The notes under the pieces: generated by a model
The model's database searches: none
The model's input: only the letters and a program-made list of their open reading frames with translations
What the model was told of the DNA's origin: nothing
Made by a program: the position numbers and the translations under genes
Assembly: GCF_006345805.1 (NCBI RefSeq)
Contig: NC_043003.1
Coordinates: 57,660,001-57,724,000, forward strand
Reading direction: 5' to 3'
DNA: 64,000 nt
Source of the DNA: Octopus sinensis
Taxonomy: Eukaryota
Shown here: positions 25,221-38,569 of the stretch, piece after piece
How the letters are laid out: each line of letters opens with the position of its first letter
Position numbering within the stretch: position 1 is the first letter of the stretch

Positions 25221-25855
25221 GATATATATATATATATATATGTATACACAAATACAGGCACATACATACACTATAACAAAATGTAGAGAGAAAGAAAAAA
25301 GTTAATTTAAAACTTATATCACTCACGAATACAGCAGAGGTGTCTGCCATGCAAGTTGTGTGTGTGTGTGTGTGTGTAGTGAAATGTAACTAACGGAAAG
25401 GTTTCTTTTAGTTATTATATTCAAAAGAACTGGTAGGAAAAAGAGAAAAAAATTAGATCGAGTGAGACCAAGACTACCGAGAATAAGACAGACAGACAGA
25501 GAGGGAGAGAGAGCAAAAGAGAGAGCACGAAAGAGAGGGAGAAAAAGAAAACGAACCAGCGAATTAGATTCATACTGAGCGGGACACAAGATATCAAAGA
25601 GGTATAGATATACAGAGAGAGAGAGAGAGAGAGAGAAACAAAATTTTGAGAAGCAGAGAGAGAGACACTATTGATGTGTCAAACGGTTGTCACGTCTCTT
25701 GTGTAAAGAGACTATCATCTAATTTCCTGAACTAGCTTCAGTTTGTTTCTTCTGATGCGGAGAGATCCTTGACTTGTCATGAAGTCGATCTGTGTTTTGT
25801 GCGGCCATTTTTGAACACAATAGGCGGTTGAGAAATATATATCTATATATAATAT

Positions 25856-25886
<31 letters not shown>

Positions 25887-25900
25887 CATATATATATATA

Positions 25901-25939
<39 letters not shown>

Positions 25940-25967
25940 CTTTATTATTATTATATATAACATATAC

Positions 25968-26032
<65 letters not shown>

Positions 26033-26417
26033 ATATTTGTTACAACTTACTTCATTCGTTCTTTGTAAAGATCTGTATAAACATAAAATGTATGTTTTTT
26101 TGTGTGGTTATACGCTTGCTTGCGTATAATCGGCGTACGAAGTATTTATTGTACGCATCTACTATTAATGTGTGTTGTGTGTGTGTGTATTTGTGTGTGC
26201 GTATAGTATTAGTATGTATGTGTATGGGATTGTAAATTCTGGTATATTTAGCTACATAAAAACATGTAGGGAAGAAAATGTGGGTCTCCGCTTGCCCGTG
26301 TGTGTAGGTGTGGGGTGGTGGCGAAAGAGGTAGCGGACGGGGAGAAGGGATGTGTGAAAACATAACTGTAGTCATGTAGATATAGACCGAAAGTATACAC
26401 ATACACACACGCATTAT

Positions 26418-26462
<45 letters not shown>

Positions 26463-26587
26463 TTATGTGTGCGCCATTATATATATCTTAGTGTGAAGAA
26501 AGAGCTGCAGAGAGATAAGGGACTAAGAAAGAGTTACCCCCCCTTCTCTGTCCACCTCTCTAACGTTTCATTCTACCTCTGTCCGCC

Positions 26588-26699
<112 letters not shown>

Positions 26700-26739
26700 C
26701 TTCCACTATCTTGTCAGGGTCCGGAACGTTTAATGTTCC

Positions 26740-26752
26740 GTTGCTAGGCAAC
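26740..26752. promoter_or_regulatory. RFX X-box
   Basis: GTTGCTAGGCAAC (reverse complement GTTGCCTAGCAAC) is a consensus RFX site. It lies in unique sequence 30 bp upstream of a candidate ATG. Confidence 0.5.
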
Positions 26753-26781
26753 ATGCATTCGTGATCAGAGGCAAGGTTTTT

Positions 26782-26796
26782 ATGGCAAAGTACCGA
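26782..26796 (+). CDS. Candidate first coding exon of unknown gene X (MAKYR)
   Basis: ATG GCA AAG TAC CGA|GTGAGA donor; phase 0 matches the 29688 exon. Very short, so weak on its own. Confidence 0.25.
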
Positions 26797-27267
26797 GTGA
26801 GAGAAGACAATAGTACAATTGGTAGTTTAAAGTGTATATAGTCACACTTTTGTAGTTTACTGGTTGTTAAGCGGATTTTGTTCTTTTTAAAGAATCTTCT
26901 TAGTTCGCTTCGTCTCCTTGTTATGCGTTTTCAAACATGGCATCCGATCACCTACAGACGCAGTACAAATGGTGCGTGTGTTTGTGTATATTTGCCTAGC
27001 TATCTCATTGCTTTCTTTTCTTCTCTTCTTATATACACGCACGCATACACACACACACACACATAATGTATGTATGTACGTATATGCTTAGACACACACA
27101 CATATATATATATATGTAAATGTGCAATCATAAACGTAGATGCACATTTACACTTGCATGTAAATATATATATAAACTTGCATACGAATAGTGCGTGCAT
27201 ATGTGTATTTGTCTACCTACCTGTCTGTCTACTTTATTTCTTCTTCCCCTTATACGCATGTACACAT

Positions 27268-27312
<45 letters not shown>

Positions 27313-27447
27313 CGCATACACACACTTATGTGTGTATGCATATGTTTACGTACATACATGTGTGTGTAAGTTTGCAATCATATAAACATACATGCACATC
27401 TATATATGCCTGCAAACATATGTATAAACTTACATATATTACATGTG

Positions 27448-27479
<32 letters not shown>

Positions 27480-28293
27480 ACGCATGCATGCATAAATACC
27501 TACTTACCTACCTATCTATCTTACCAATAAACAACCTAAGCTCACTGTAAAGAAATATCTAGAAGTAAGATTTTCAATGCAAAAAAATTGATTTCTGATT
27601 AAATTTTTGAGAAGAAGCAAAGGTGAGAAGTAAACAGTAAGGAAAGCAGGAAAGAAGATTTATTGAAAGAGAGAATAAGACCAGAGAGAGATGGCAGACA
27701 GAACAAGGAGAATGAAAGACTGAGCTAAGATGTAAAGAAATAGAAGACAAACAGGCTGATAAAAGTGGAGATTGAGAGAGTAGAGAGAAGTAAGATAGAG
27801 AAACAGAGACCGCCAGAAGACAGATAGGGTTATGAAAATATATATTTATTTAGAGAGAGAGAGTTGGAGAGGAGAAAGGTAGATCGAAAAAGAGACAACG
27901 AGAGAGATAAACAAAGATGGAAAGACATATGGTGGAAAATATTTCTGCTGTCACCTGGAAAAACGAACGATTTACAAATGCCTGCGTTAGCTGTGTCAGA
28001 ATAAAATTTTTTCAATTCGTAGAATGCAAGTTAAATAGCAAACATCAACAATCGTGTTGCAATCTTATCACTTATCTGCTTTTAAGAAAGCTTAATTCTT
28101 GTATTTTAAATACTGAATTGTCTTTGCTGAGAAGCAGCACGAAGTCTTCTTACCCTGTGTTGTAATTGTGTGGGTTTTTTCAGTCATTAGGCTTCGGCCA
28201 CGTTGAAAAACTTCACCACTTTCAATGGTTTACTTTATATTTTCAGTTTATTCTATCGACACACCTCCTTCACCGCAGTAGGTGTTTCAATCT

Positions 28294-28524
28294 TATTTCT
28301 TTATTGCCCGCAAGAGGCTAAACACAGAGGGGACAAACAAGGACAGACAAAGGGATTAAGTCGATTACATCGACCCCAATGCGTAACTGGTACTTAATTT
28401 TTATCGACCTCGAAAGGATGAAAGGCAAAGTCGACCTCAGCGGAATTTGAACTCGTAACGGCAGACGAAATACTGCTAAGCATTTCGCCCGGTGTACTAA
28501 CGTTCCTGCGAGCTCGCCACCTTA
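28294..28524 (-). mobile_element. SINE family B, full unit
   Basis: Reverse complement of the consensus. Confidence 0.9.
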
Positions 28525-29075
28525 GGTGTTTCAATCGTGTGATTTAATTTAAGTCGTGTGATTAAGAAGTTCGTTTTACAACCACGTGGTTCATAGTTCG
28601 ATCCTACTGCCTGATAATTTAGGCACATGTTTTGTAATCGCTTTTTTCTTATACATAAATACATTGGTAGACGTAAATATAAATGCACGTTTGTGTGTCT
28701 TTGTGTATGTGTGCGTGCACGTTATGAGTGATAATAACAGTATTGGTTCAAAATAATAACTTGTGTATCATGCTGAAAACGTATACATAGTTGAAAGCCT
28801 GATGAACTGCGATATTCGTCTCGAGACAGCATCTCTTATACACATATAGCTTTCAATAATGTAGAAATATATCAGTAACCGGATAAAATCGTCTATTGCT
28901 AACGGCGTATTTCTGCTTCTTTGAGCTTCGTCAGTAGCAAATGTGCACTAACAACTTCATGGTGCAACAGAATTATCTACTACTGATACAGTAAAACAGT
29001 GAATGATGTGATAACCCGGTAGGCAGATACTAATACTGCGACAGAAGCAGTATTAGTTCAAAATAGCAATTTGTG

Positions 29076-29129
<54 letters not shown>

Positions 29130-29150
29130 TGTGGTGTGTGTGTGTGTGTG

Positions 29151-29486
29151 CTTACGAACCACATTGTTCCGGGTTCAGTCCCACAGTGTGGCACCTTTGG
29201 CAAGTGTCTTCTATGGCCTCGTGAGTGGATTTGGTAGACGGAAACTGAAAGAAGCCCGTCGTATATATGTATATTTATGGGTGTGTGTGTTTGTGTGTCT
29301 CTGTTCCCCCAGCATCGCTTGACAACCGATGCTGGTGTGTTTACGTCGCCGTAACTTAGCGGTTCGGCAAAAAACAGACCGATAGAATAAGTACTAGGCT
29401 TACAAAGAATAAGTCCTGGGGTCGATTTACTCGACTAAAGGCGGTGCTCCAGCATGGCCACAGTCATATGACTGAAACAAGTAAAA

Positions 29487-29487
<1 letters not shown>
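29151..29487 (+). mobile_element. SINE family A, 5'-degenerate with an internal deletion
   Basis: Matches the consensus from the B-box region to the tail. Confidence 0.85.
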
Positions 29488-29527
<40 letters not shown>

Positions 29528-29687
29528 GGAGGGGGGTTGTCTTAATATTCGCCTTTCCTCTTGTTTGTTTTCTCATTCACATGCGCCATACGCATCACAC
29601 ACTCAAGCAAAATATATGTAATTGTGTGTTTCTATGTCCGTGTGCTTACAAAAAACGTATGCTGGCAATTAAATTCATTCATCTTAG

Positions 29688-29788
29688 CTTAGAGTTAGAT
29701 TAATAGTAGAAGTCCAGCCGAGGAATTCTGTCTTCACGCTTCAAGATCAATCGCGACCTGGATTTAATATCGTCAAAATAGCAATTAG
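29688..29788 (+). CDS. Candidate internal exon of gene X (LRVRLIVEVQPRNSVFTLQDQSRPGFNIVKIAI)
   Basis: Acceptor TTCATTCATCTTAG|, donor AG|GTATAA, 101 nt open, phase 0 to 2, in unique sequence. Confidence 0.35.
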
Positions 29789-30006
29789 GTATAACAAATA
29801 TACCGTCAAGATTAGTTACTTATGTATGTATGTATGTATGTATGTATGTATGTATGTATGTGAATAGATACGTGTGTAAGTATATATAAATACAGATATA
29901 ACACTATATGTATATCGATGTGTGTTTAGATTAGCTTGTAGAATTTTATTTCGATTTATGAAAGAATTGTTGATAAAACCGTGTCTTTAGGTTATTTTGA
30001 AGCAAT

Positions 30007-30060
<54 letters not shown>

Positions 30061-30808
30061 GTGTGTGTTTATATATATGTTTGTGTACATAAGTGTTCGT
30101 ATATGTATAACATTTACATATAAACGTATGTATGTTTGTATGTATATTATGTGTGTGTGTGCATATATATCTGTCTTGTTATATTTCTGTCTATATTCAT
30201 TTGCTTCTCTCTATCTCTATCTATGTATATGTCTGTCTGTCTGTCTGTCTATATATGTGTGTGCATGTATATATATATATTATATATATATATATATATA
30301 TAATTTCGCTTTGGCGTTGCGAGGCTAATAACCTGCTGTAGAATTCTATGTACATATGCTTCAGAACAAAGTGTTAGTCGAGTCTAGAGCGGTAATAAGA
30401 AAAAGAGATGACAGAGGGGAAACGAAGGTTATGTTATGAACTTCATTAACTGGCAGCTATTTCCACTATAAGAGGCAATGGACTCGCAGTTGAGTGCCTG
30501 GACAACATCCTATAGCTTCATCAGAGCCTTGTGTATGAGTGGAGTCTTATATATTTAGTGGGGTGGGAGAAATTACATTTGTGCAATATACAGAAAAGGC
30601 ATCTCCAGTGCGAAAGTCATTATTGATGTGTAGACAAACTTTCTCACTAGTAGTAAACTCTGAGTTCACTGTATGTCGTAGCAGAAACAGCTGTAAGCTA
30701 ATGGAGTCTATGACATAACCATTGCTTTCCCTGTGTTATCTCTTTTTTTATGTTTGTGTCTATGTGGTTGTATGTATGTATCTATTCTGTCTATCCTATA
30801 TATATATA

Positions 30809-30854
<46 letters not shown>

Positions 30855-31060
30855 TGGTTTTAGAGTAAAGTTTTGGCTGCTATTTCCAGCGTGGCTGTGT
30901 CTCTTAGATACCCTAAATTGTAATTTTAATAATAATTATTACCTTTGAAGGTTTTTATTCCCATGCTGGCCACCTACTAAGATCGGTATTTAAATAACGA
31001 TTTTATACTTATTTATATGAATTTATATACCTGTCTATATATATATATCTGCCTATCAGT

Positions 31061-31122
<62 letters not shown>

Positions 31123-31153
31123 GTCTGTCTGTCTGTCTGTCCATCTTTCTGTT

Positions 31154-31184
<31 letters not shown>

Positions 31185-31857
31185 ATATGTATATACAAGT
31201 ATATATGTATGTTTGTATATATATGTATGTATATACAAGTATATATGTATGTGTGTATGTATATATATGTATGTGTATACAAGTATATATGTATGTATGT
31301 ATGTATGTGTGTATGTATGTATGTACGTGTGTATGTATATACATGTGTGTGTATGTATATACATGTGTGTGTAGGTATGTATGTATATACATGTATGTAT
31401 GTATATACATGTGTGTGTGTGTGTGCGTATTTGCAGTTCGTGATGAAACGATTACCACATCATTTATTTTAAGTGTCATTTCACAGCCATTCAGTGTCTC
31501 TTCAACGTCTTTTTTTTTCAAAATGTCTGCTGGTATTCACTTTCTCTTCGGTTTTGACAATTTGACAATTCGTGTCACACTTTGCTTCTTGTTTGTTTTT
31601 GTAGCCCAACATGCTTGCGTACATACAATATATACATACATTTATTGATACAAACATATGTATCCGTGTGTGGATACTTACACGCGCACACACTTGCATA
31701 TATATGTATGTATGTATATACATGTCTCTAGATAGATCGACAGATTTACATACTCAGTCGCACATATATATACACACACGCGTGAGTGCATTTATATATA
31801 ATCTTGCATGCCTAAACATTTTCTCTACACCTATATATATAATTCGTATGCATATAT

Positions 31858-32277
31858 ACTCTTTACTCTTTTACTTGTTTCAATCATTAGACTGTGGCCA
31901 TGCTGGAGCACCGTCTTTAGTCGAGCAAATCGACCCCAGGACTTATTCTTTGTAAGCCTAGTGCTTATTCTATCGGTCTCTCTTTTGCCGAACTGCTAAG
32001 TTAGGAAGACGTAAACACACCAGCATCGGTTGTCAAGCGATGTTGGGGAGACAAACACAGACACACAAACACACACGCACACACATACACACACACAAAC
32101 ACACACATATATACGATGGGCTTCTTTCAGTTTCCGTCTAGCAAATCCACTCACAAGGCTTTGGTCGGCCCGAGGCTATAGTAGAAGACACTTGCCCAAG
32201 GTGCCTCGTAGTGGGACTGAACCCGGAACCATGTGGTTGGTAAGCAAGCTACTTACCACACAGTCACTCCTACGCCT
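31858..32277 (-). mobile_element. SINE family A, full length
   Basis: Matches the consensus. Confidence 0.9.
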
Positions 32278-33114
32278 ATATATAATTCTGTTCGTATGCG
32301 TATACGCTTGTATGATATTTTCGAAGCCGAAAGACACAGAAATACACGTGCATTCATAACTCCATATACGTACATTGTACATACATAGAAATATGGGTAT
32401 GCATATCATGTATATAGCTGTGTTTGTATATGTATATATATATGGGCATATTTGCGTATGCAGACACTCAAAAACACACACTCACACACGTCTATTGATA
32501 AATTTCGTATTAGTTCTTATCTCAATTTATCTGCGTCAATATTTTCCAATTTTTCGTGTTATAAAAATGTGTATGACACCTAACGTTCGTTACGTGTTTC
32601 GCGTAATCGCATTTGTGTATGTGCTTTATACGCTCGTATGTGTGCATGATTCGCTGCTAGAGATAAAATGTAGAGCGCTGTTGGAGAAGAGAAGAGAAGA
32701 GATGGAAGGGAGAAATGTATAAAAGAGCGGGGAATAAGTACGTGTGTATAATTTTGCTGCTTTCAAGTTATAGACGTTCTCCGAGGTCTTTTTGCTTAAT
32801 AAACAACGGAGATTACGAGCCGACGACGGAGCTAGAAAATATTGTCCAATCACCCTTGTTTCATAAATACACGCACATATATCTTACTGTCGTTAAAAAA
32901 AACATGCAAAAACATATATAAATAAATATAATCTTATGTACAGTTTAAAATGAAAAGCACAGACTAGTAACAGTTGTTCAGTGTTAGAACACACAGACCA
33001 ATAGGCCTGATTGATCACGTTTGAACTCCGGCTTAGCTAGTTTTCCCCCGAACCAACGGTCTCGCGTAACCTGCTGAAAATAGTAACAAAACCTACCTCA
33101 AAGTACGCTCTGCT

Positions 33115-33285
33115 GTACTACCGTAGCTGGAGAGGGCGATCCGCCCCCAGGCCGCACTTTTATGGGGGCATTTTTATGCAAACTTTTGAGTCTGCTGATG
33201 GCGATATGTAATTTTCATGGGGACTCGGGGGCTGCAAACCGAAAGGCCGCCCCGGGCGGCACACACTCTAGCTACTCAAGTGCCC
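33115..33285. mobile_element. Possible hAT-type MITE remnant
   Basis: GTAGCTGGAGAG...CCGCCCCCAGG at the left and GCCGCCCCGGGCGGCACACACTCTAGCTAC at the right form loose inverted ends. No target duplication seen. Confidence 0.35.
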
Positions 33286-33542
33286 TCTGGTCTTGTAAAC
33301 ATTATCTGTCTCTATCGGCTTCACTATAGTTTTCTATGCGCGGATGTGTGCATATAGTACATACATACATACATACATACATACATACATCCATACATAC
33401 ACACACATATACATATATATATGTATGTATGTATGTATGTATATATATATATGTATGTATATATATATGTATATATGTGTGTGTGTGTTTGTGTGTCTGT
33501 GTGTAGAGAGAGAAGGAGGGGGAGGGAGAGAGAGATGGTTTG

Positions 33543-33978
33543 CTTTTACTTTAGTCATTGGACTGCGGCCATGCAGGGGCATCGTCTTGAAAGATTTTCA
33601 GGCGAACGAATTGACCTCAGTACTTTTATTTTTCAACTGATACTTATTCTATCGGTCTCTTGTTGCCGGGACAACCAAGTTACGAGAACGTAAACAAACC
33701 AAAACCGGTTGTCAAGCGGTGATGGGGAGACAAACACAAACACACACACACACACAAACACATGGCGAGATTCTTTCAGTTTCCGTCTGCCAAATCCATT
33801 CACAAGAATTTGGACGGCCGGGAACTGGTAGTAGACGACACTTGCCCAAGGTATCAAATAAAGAAAGGGAACAATAAAGAAAGGGACACTTGCCCAAGGT
33901 ATCATCACACTGTGGGATTGAACCCGGAACTATGTATGTGGTTGGGAAGCAAACGTCTTAGCACATAGCGATGGACAG
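33543..33978 (-). mobile_element. SINE family A, diverged, with internal duplication
   Basis: GACACTTGCCCAAGGTATCA occurs twice, separated by an A/G-rich insert. Confidence 0.8.
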
Positions 33979-34515
33979 AGGAGCGCTTTTGATAATGTCT
34001 GCTCAATACGAGCTAACGTCGGGGTTAAAACGAAATAGCAGCAACTGCAAACATCCGCTTGTTTCTGCGGATGCTGGCATTTGTTTGGTTTCTTGCTGTC
34101 TGACGTTTGAGATTAGCAAGCTTCGTCTCACTCGTTTTAATTAGCTCAAAGTTATTAACGCCAATTATATTTTTTAAAGACCTAATAACCTAAATGTGAT
34201 TAAATTAAATGTTTCAATTTTTAATTTACAATTTGCTCATTCAATTTAAAACGCAATCTTGGGATTAAACGGGATGTGGTAGTTTTGTGTTAAACCTTAC
34301 GTGTGCGTAGATAAGGTGGAAATGTGTTGCTTATTTAGCCACGGGTTAACCATGACTGAGAAGATTACGGTTGATCAAAGGAATTCCACTCGTGACTATC
34401 CCGTCATTTTATCAAGTATTGCGCATCAAGAACCCCAGCGTAGCTAAATGTTTAACCCTTTTTCTGTGTAGAAAGCAGATATATCTGTTGGAAATTTCAT
34501 TAACCTTAACTGCAG

Positions 34516-34602
34516 AATGCAGTTTTGTATAGCAGTCGATTGTTTATTGAGGAATGTCATGTTCAACGCTATTTTTTGTTGAGATATGTCGAGTTTATTA
34601 AG
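34516..34602 (+). CDS. Candidate internal exon of gene X (NAVLYSSRLFIEECHVQRYFLLRYVEFIK)
   Basis: Acceptor TTAACCTTAACTGCAG|, donor AAG|GTATCG, 87 nt, phase 0 to 0, compatible with the terminal exon. Confidence 0.35.
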
Positions 34603-34646
34603 GTATCGTGACTTGCAGAAAATACCAATTATATTTTTATGGTAGA

Positions 34647-34890
34647 TACTCTTTTACTTTTTCACTCTTTTACTTGTTTCAGTCATTTGACTGAGGCCAT
34701 GCTGGAGTACAGCCTTTAGTCGAGCACATCGACCCCCACCCAGGACTTATTCTTTGTAAGCCTAGTACTTATTCTGCCGGTCACTTTTGCCGAACCGCTA
34801 AGTTACGGAGACGTAAACACACCAGCATCGGTTGTCAAGCGATGTTGGGAGGACAAACACACACACCCAAACATATATACACACACATGC

Positions 34891-34923
<33 letters not shown>

Positions 34924-35074
34924 CATACGACGGGCTTCTTTCAGTTTCCATCTACCAAATCCACTCACAAGGCTTTGGTTGGCTTTGGTTGCCCAAGGCG
35001 CCACGCAGTGGGACTGAACCTGGAACCATGTAGTTCGTAAGCAAGCTACTTACCACACAGCCACTCCTACTCCT
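34647..35074 (-). mobile_element. SINE family A with internal deletion
   Basis: GGCTTTGGTT is duplicated where the deletion occurred. Confidence 0.85.
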
Positions 35075-35309
35075 ATATTACATTAATTTTGTAATAACCA
35101 TAAAATTTAATCCTTTCTGCTAAATTTTGTAGGGAGTGAGGCTAGTTGATTATATAACTGGTAGTTACTTTATCGACCTCAAAAGTCTTAAAAAGTAAGT
35201 CCTACTTCGATGGAATTCGAACTCAGAATAGAATTCCAATAAGGACTTTGTTCAGCGTGCTAACAATTCTTCCACCTCGCCGACTTTATCATAAAATTTG
35301 ATTTTGCAG

Positions 35310-35474
35310 TGCAAAGGATTAAGATACATGCACGACATATTCCCAGGGGTAGAGAACTCCTGGCATCTGTACGTAGTACGGAGACTCTTCGAGGAAAAGA
35401 ACATCTTTACTGGGAATCGTACAAGAATTAGATCTAAACAAGGTCGTGTTGATCTAGACGTAATTCCATTGTAG
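35310..35474 (+). CDS. Candidate terminal coding exon of gene X (CKGLRYMHDIFPGVENSWHLYVVRRLFEEKNIFTGNRTRIRSKQGRVDLDVIPL*)
   Basis: Acceptor TTTGATTTTGCAG|, 54 open codons, TAG at 35472-35474, AATAAA at 35584-35589. Less AT-rich than the flanks. Protein not recognised. Confidence 0.45.
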   Translation, partial: CKGLRYMHDIFPGVENSWHLYVVRRLFEEKNIFTGNRTRIRSKQGRVDLDVIPL

Positions 35475-36405
35475 CGTTTGAGAAGATTAAGCATTGACAA
35501 ACCTTTCAAAGACAATTTTATAATTAGTTTAACAACCTCTTATAAAGCTTTTAACTTTATGGAAAGAGAAAGAAAGAAAAATTAATAAAGTTCCATCTTT
35601 TATCATTTTTCAATCATTAGACTCCGGCCATGCTGGGGCACCGCCTTGAAGAATAAGTTTGAACGAATCGACCCAATTACTTCTTTATTTCATTTAATTT
35701 GCCACAAGGCATCACACAGGTAGAAGCTTTGCGGGCTGGACACGGACATTGGTGGGATGAATGATAATAATGCAACAATGATGATGCTGGGAGAAGACGA
35801 AAAGCGCCCGCCGACTTTCGCTTCTCTAAAACATTGTTCTTTTTTCTTTTTTTCTCGAAAACACAATGAGGCAGTGAACCTCTTACATGGGAGCGCAGTG
35901 TTCGGAGTTCTTTCTTTTTTTTCCCTCTTTGAAGCACAGCGGGGCTGTGGACCTCGTACATTGCACAAAGAGTCACATATTTGACCCAATCACTTCTTAT
36001 CACATAGCTGCGCCTGCACTTATAATATTATAATATAAATAATTTTTAAATAGGGGTTCCCTGCCAGATTGATTGATTATATTTCAAGGCGTGGGAAAGG
36101 CAAACACAGGGACTTACTCTGAACAGCATCAACTTAGTCTACGGGTTGGAAAATACCCAGTAAAAATCCGGGGAAAATACTGCATTGGATTTTTGATTTG
36201 ATGAAGACTTAGCGTGCAATTTCTTGCCGGCACTACAACGAAGGTCCGTACACGTTCCAGCGATGACCCTTCCTTCTTCATCTCGGGCGTATATTGGACA
36301 ACATAAACCAATGGATGTTTATCTCCATTTCCAAGACAGTAGTGTAATTTTCAGAAAATTCGGCTGTTATTTCTTGCAAGTTGAGCGACAGCATAGAAAC
36401 TCCAG

Positions 36406-36474
<69 letters not shown>

Positions 36475-36852
36475 TGTGGTTGGTAATATATGCAGCAACA
36501 GTAGTAGTAGTAGTCGTAGTAGTAGTAGTGTCTGTTGTCTCTAGTCTTCACGGGGGCAGCAAGAGTTTTTTTCTTATCATATCATCGTTTATAAGAAGGG
36601 GCTCCGAAGCTGAAGTGGTTTAGGGCGCCAGAATACCTGGATGCGTGTGCGTTGGGGGTTTGTGGTGTTGGTGTGTGTGCTTGTATTTTTACACACGGAC
36701 AATTTATTACGCACAAAGCACATACGCACTTAGTTACATGCATGCTTTCATGTAGACATCTATACATACATGTGTAAGCATGCGTAGACATGTCTATTAA
36801 TGTCTGGATGTTCTACTTAAATACATCGCTGTGCCACACAAGCACTTTAAAC

Positions 36853-36920
<68 letters not shown>

Positions 36921-37504
36921 ATATATATATTCATTCCTTATTTTTTATTCTTTTACTAATTTCAATCATTGAACTTACCAGACATACTGGGGGCACTGAT
37001 CATATCGACCCCCCATTGGTTACCCCGGTTTAGTCCTTATTTATCTCAAAATTGCCGAACATCGCTGAAGGAAAGAAATATTAATAACATGGGTTTTTAC
37101 GCCGGTGAAAATATAAACACATACACACGTTCGCGCACACTTGTTTTTTGTTGTTTTTTTTTTTGTCAAAATGAATCTATAGTCTCGATCCATATCTATA
37201 TAATATAATGTGTGTTTTTGTATATATTCTTCGTTTGGCAGCTCTGGAATAACCCGCGTGAGACAGCCTTAAGTTCTGTGATACAAACTGTTTTGAAGTG
37301 ATCTGATTTTAAACATTCCATCAAAATTTTATCTTAATTTATGTTCCATAAAACCCGCTTTATAATGACTTATTTTACTGAATTCTTCGTCGTTTCCAAA
37401 ATAAATAGTAACAAAGGCAGTATGTTTCAACAGAAACAAGGTGGCAAAAGGTATTGCTTGGAAGTCTACTTGGGAACATTTTGCTCCAAGATCGCTCGCT
37501 ATAA

Positions 37505-37909
37505 CCTGAGGTGGATTATGACTCAGATAGGCCCTAAGCACTTAAAAGATTTTGGTGCCCCCATATGCATGTAATTCAAAATATAAACAATAATACCATA
37601 AAATAAATTCATATTCTTCAAAATGAAATAGAACTAACAGTAAGATGGAAAATAGCAACCAAGTTTATTTATATTTCAAAAGTTTTCTCTCACCTTTTTT
37701 AATAGCAAAGTCTTTGATCAGATCCTTATTATGGTGCCGTGAACACTTCGAATTTATATTTCCGATCATATAAACCACTTTAAATATTATTTTAGCAAGT
37801 TTAAAGTGATTTCTTTTGTGCCGTAAACCATTTGCAATTTCTGTGGTGCTTCCTTTCCTTTGATGCCCTAAGCACGTGCTTATTTTGCTTTATCGTTAAT
37901 CCAGCAGTG
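37505..37909. mobile_element. Probable hAT-like MITE
   Basis: Loose inverted ends CTGAGGTGGATTA / TAATCCAGCAGTG, with GCCCTAAGCAC near both ends. Confidence 0.45.
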
Positions 37910-37987
37910 ACTCTAACGTGTGCTGTGTACTTTGGAGTACAGTACTCAGAATTAGATATGGTCAGAGAAACTGAAGAGAAGAGGGCC

Positions 37988-38097
37988 GCGCGGAAAGCAT
38001 GATCCCTGCCAGGTCGCGAAATTTTTTTCCCACGCGAGTTCCGGTCCCCGGTAATGAATTCATTTGCATACAGCCAATCAGAGCTGACCTTGACCTT
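37988..38097. promoter_or_regulatory. Promoter-like motif cluster (E2F-like x2, octamer, CCAAT box, nuclear-receptor half-site repeat)
   Basis: GCGCGGAAA 37988-37996, TCGCGAAA 38014-38021, ATTTGCAT 38062-38069, AGCCAATCAG 38072-38081, TGACCTTGACCT 38086-38097; locally CpG-rich. Confidence 0.45.
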
Positions 38098-38362
38098 GTT
38101 ATCAAGTGGACAAACACACTCTGCCATGTAAACTCAAGAAGGTGTTGTGGGTCGGCCGATCGCCAAGTTATGCCTGATTTTAGAAGGAGACAAACAATGC
38201 CACTATTCTTCAAAATCCTGCTGCATTTCACATGGAATTTTTGGTCCTCCAAAGACCTACCATTTTGGTCCTCCAAAGACCTACCATTTTGTTTTGGCTA
38301 CAAACTTTGTTCTGAAAAATTCGACTTATATGCCAGAAAAATGGTACATTTGCCTATAGAAT

Positions 38363-38528
38363 AGGCGCAGGAGTGGCTGTGTGGTAAGTAGCTTGTTTAC
38401 CAACCGCATGGTTCTGGGTTCAGTCCCACTGCTTGGCACCTTGGGCAAGTGTCTTCTACTATAGCCTCGGGCCGACCAAAGCCTTGTGAATGGATTTGGT
38501 AGACGGAAACTGAAAGAAGCCCGTCGTA

Positions 38529-38569
<41 letters not shown>

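Noticed and set aside
28791-28856. + strand hammerhead-like motif (TTGAAAGC-CTGATGA...TA-GCTTTCAA)
   Set aside because: An 8-bp stem I, core and UA are present, but GAAA is GAGA and neither stem II nor stem III pairs.
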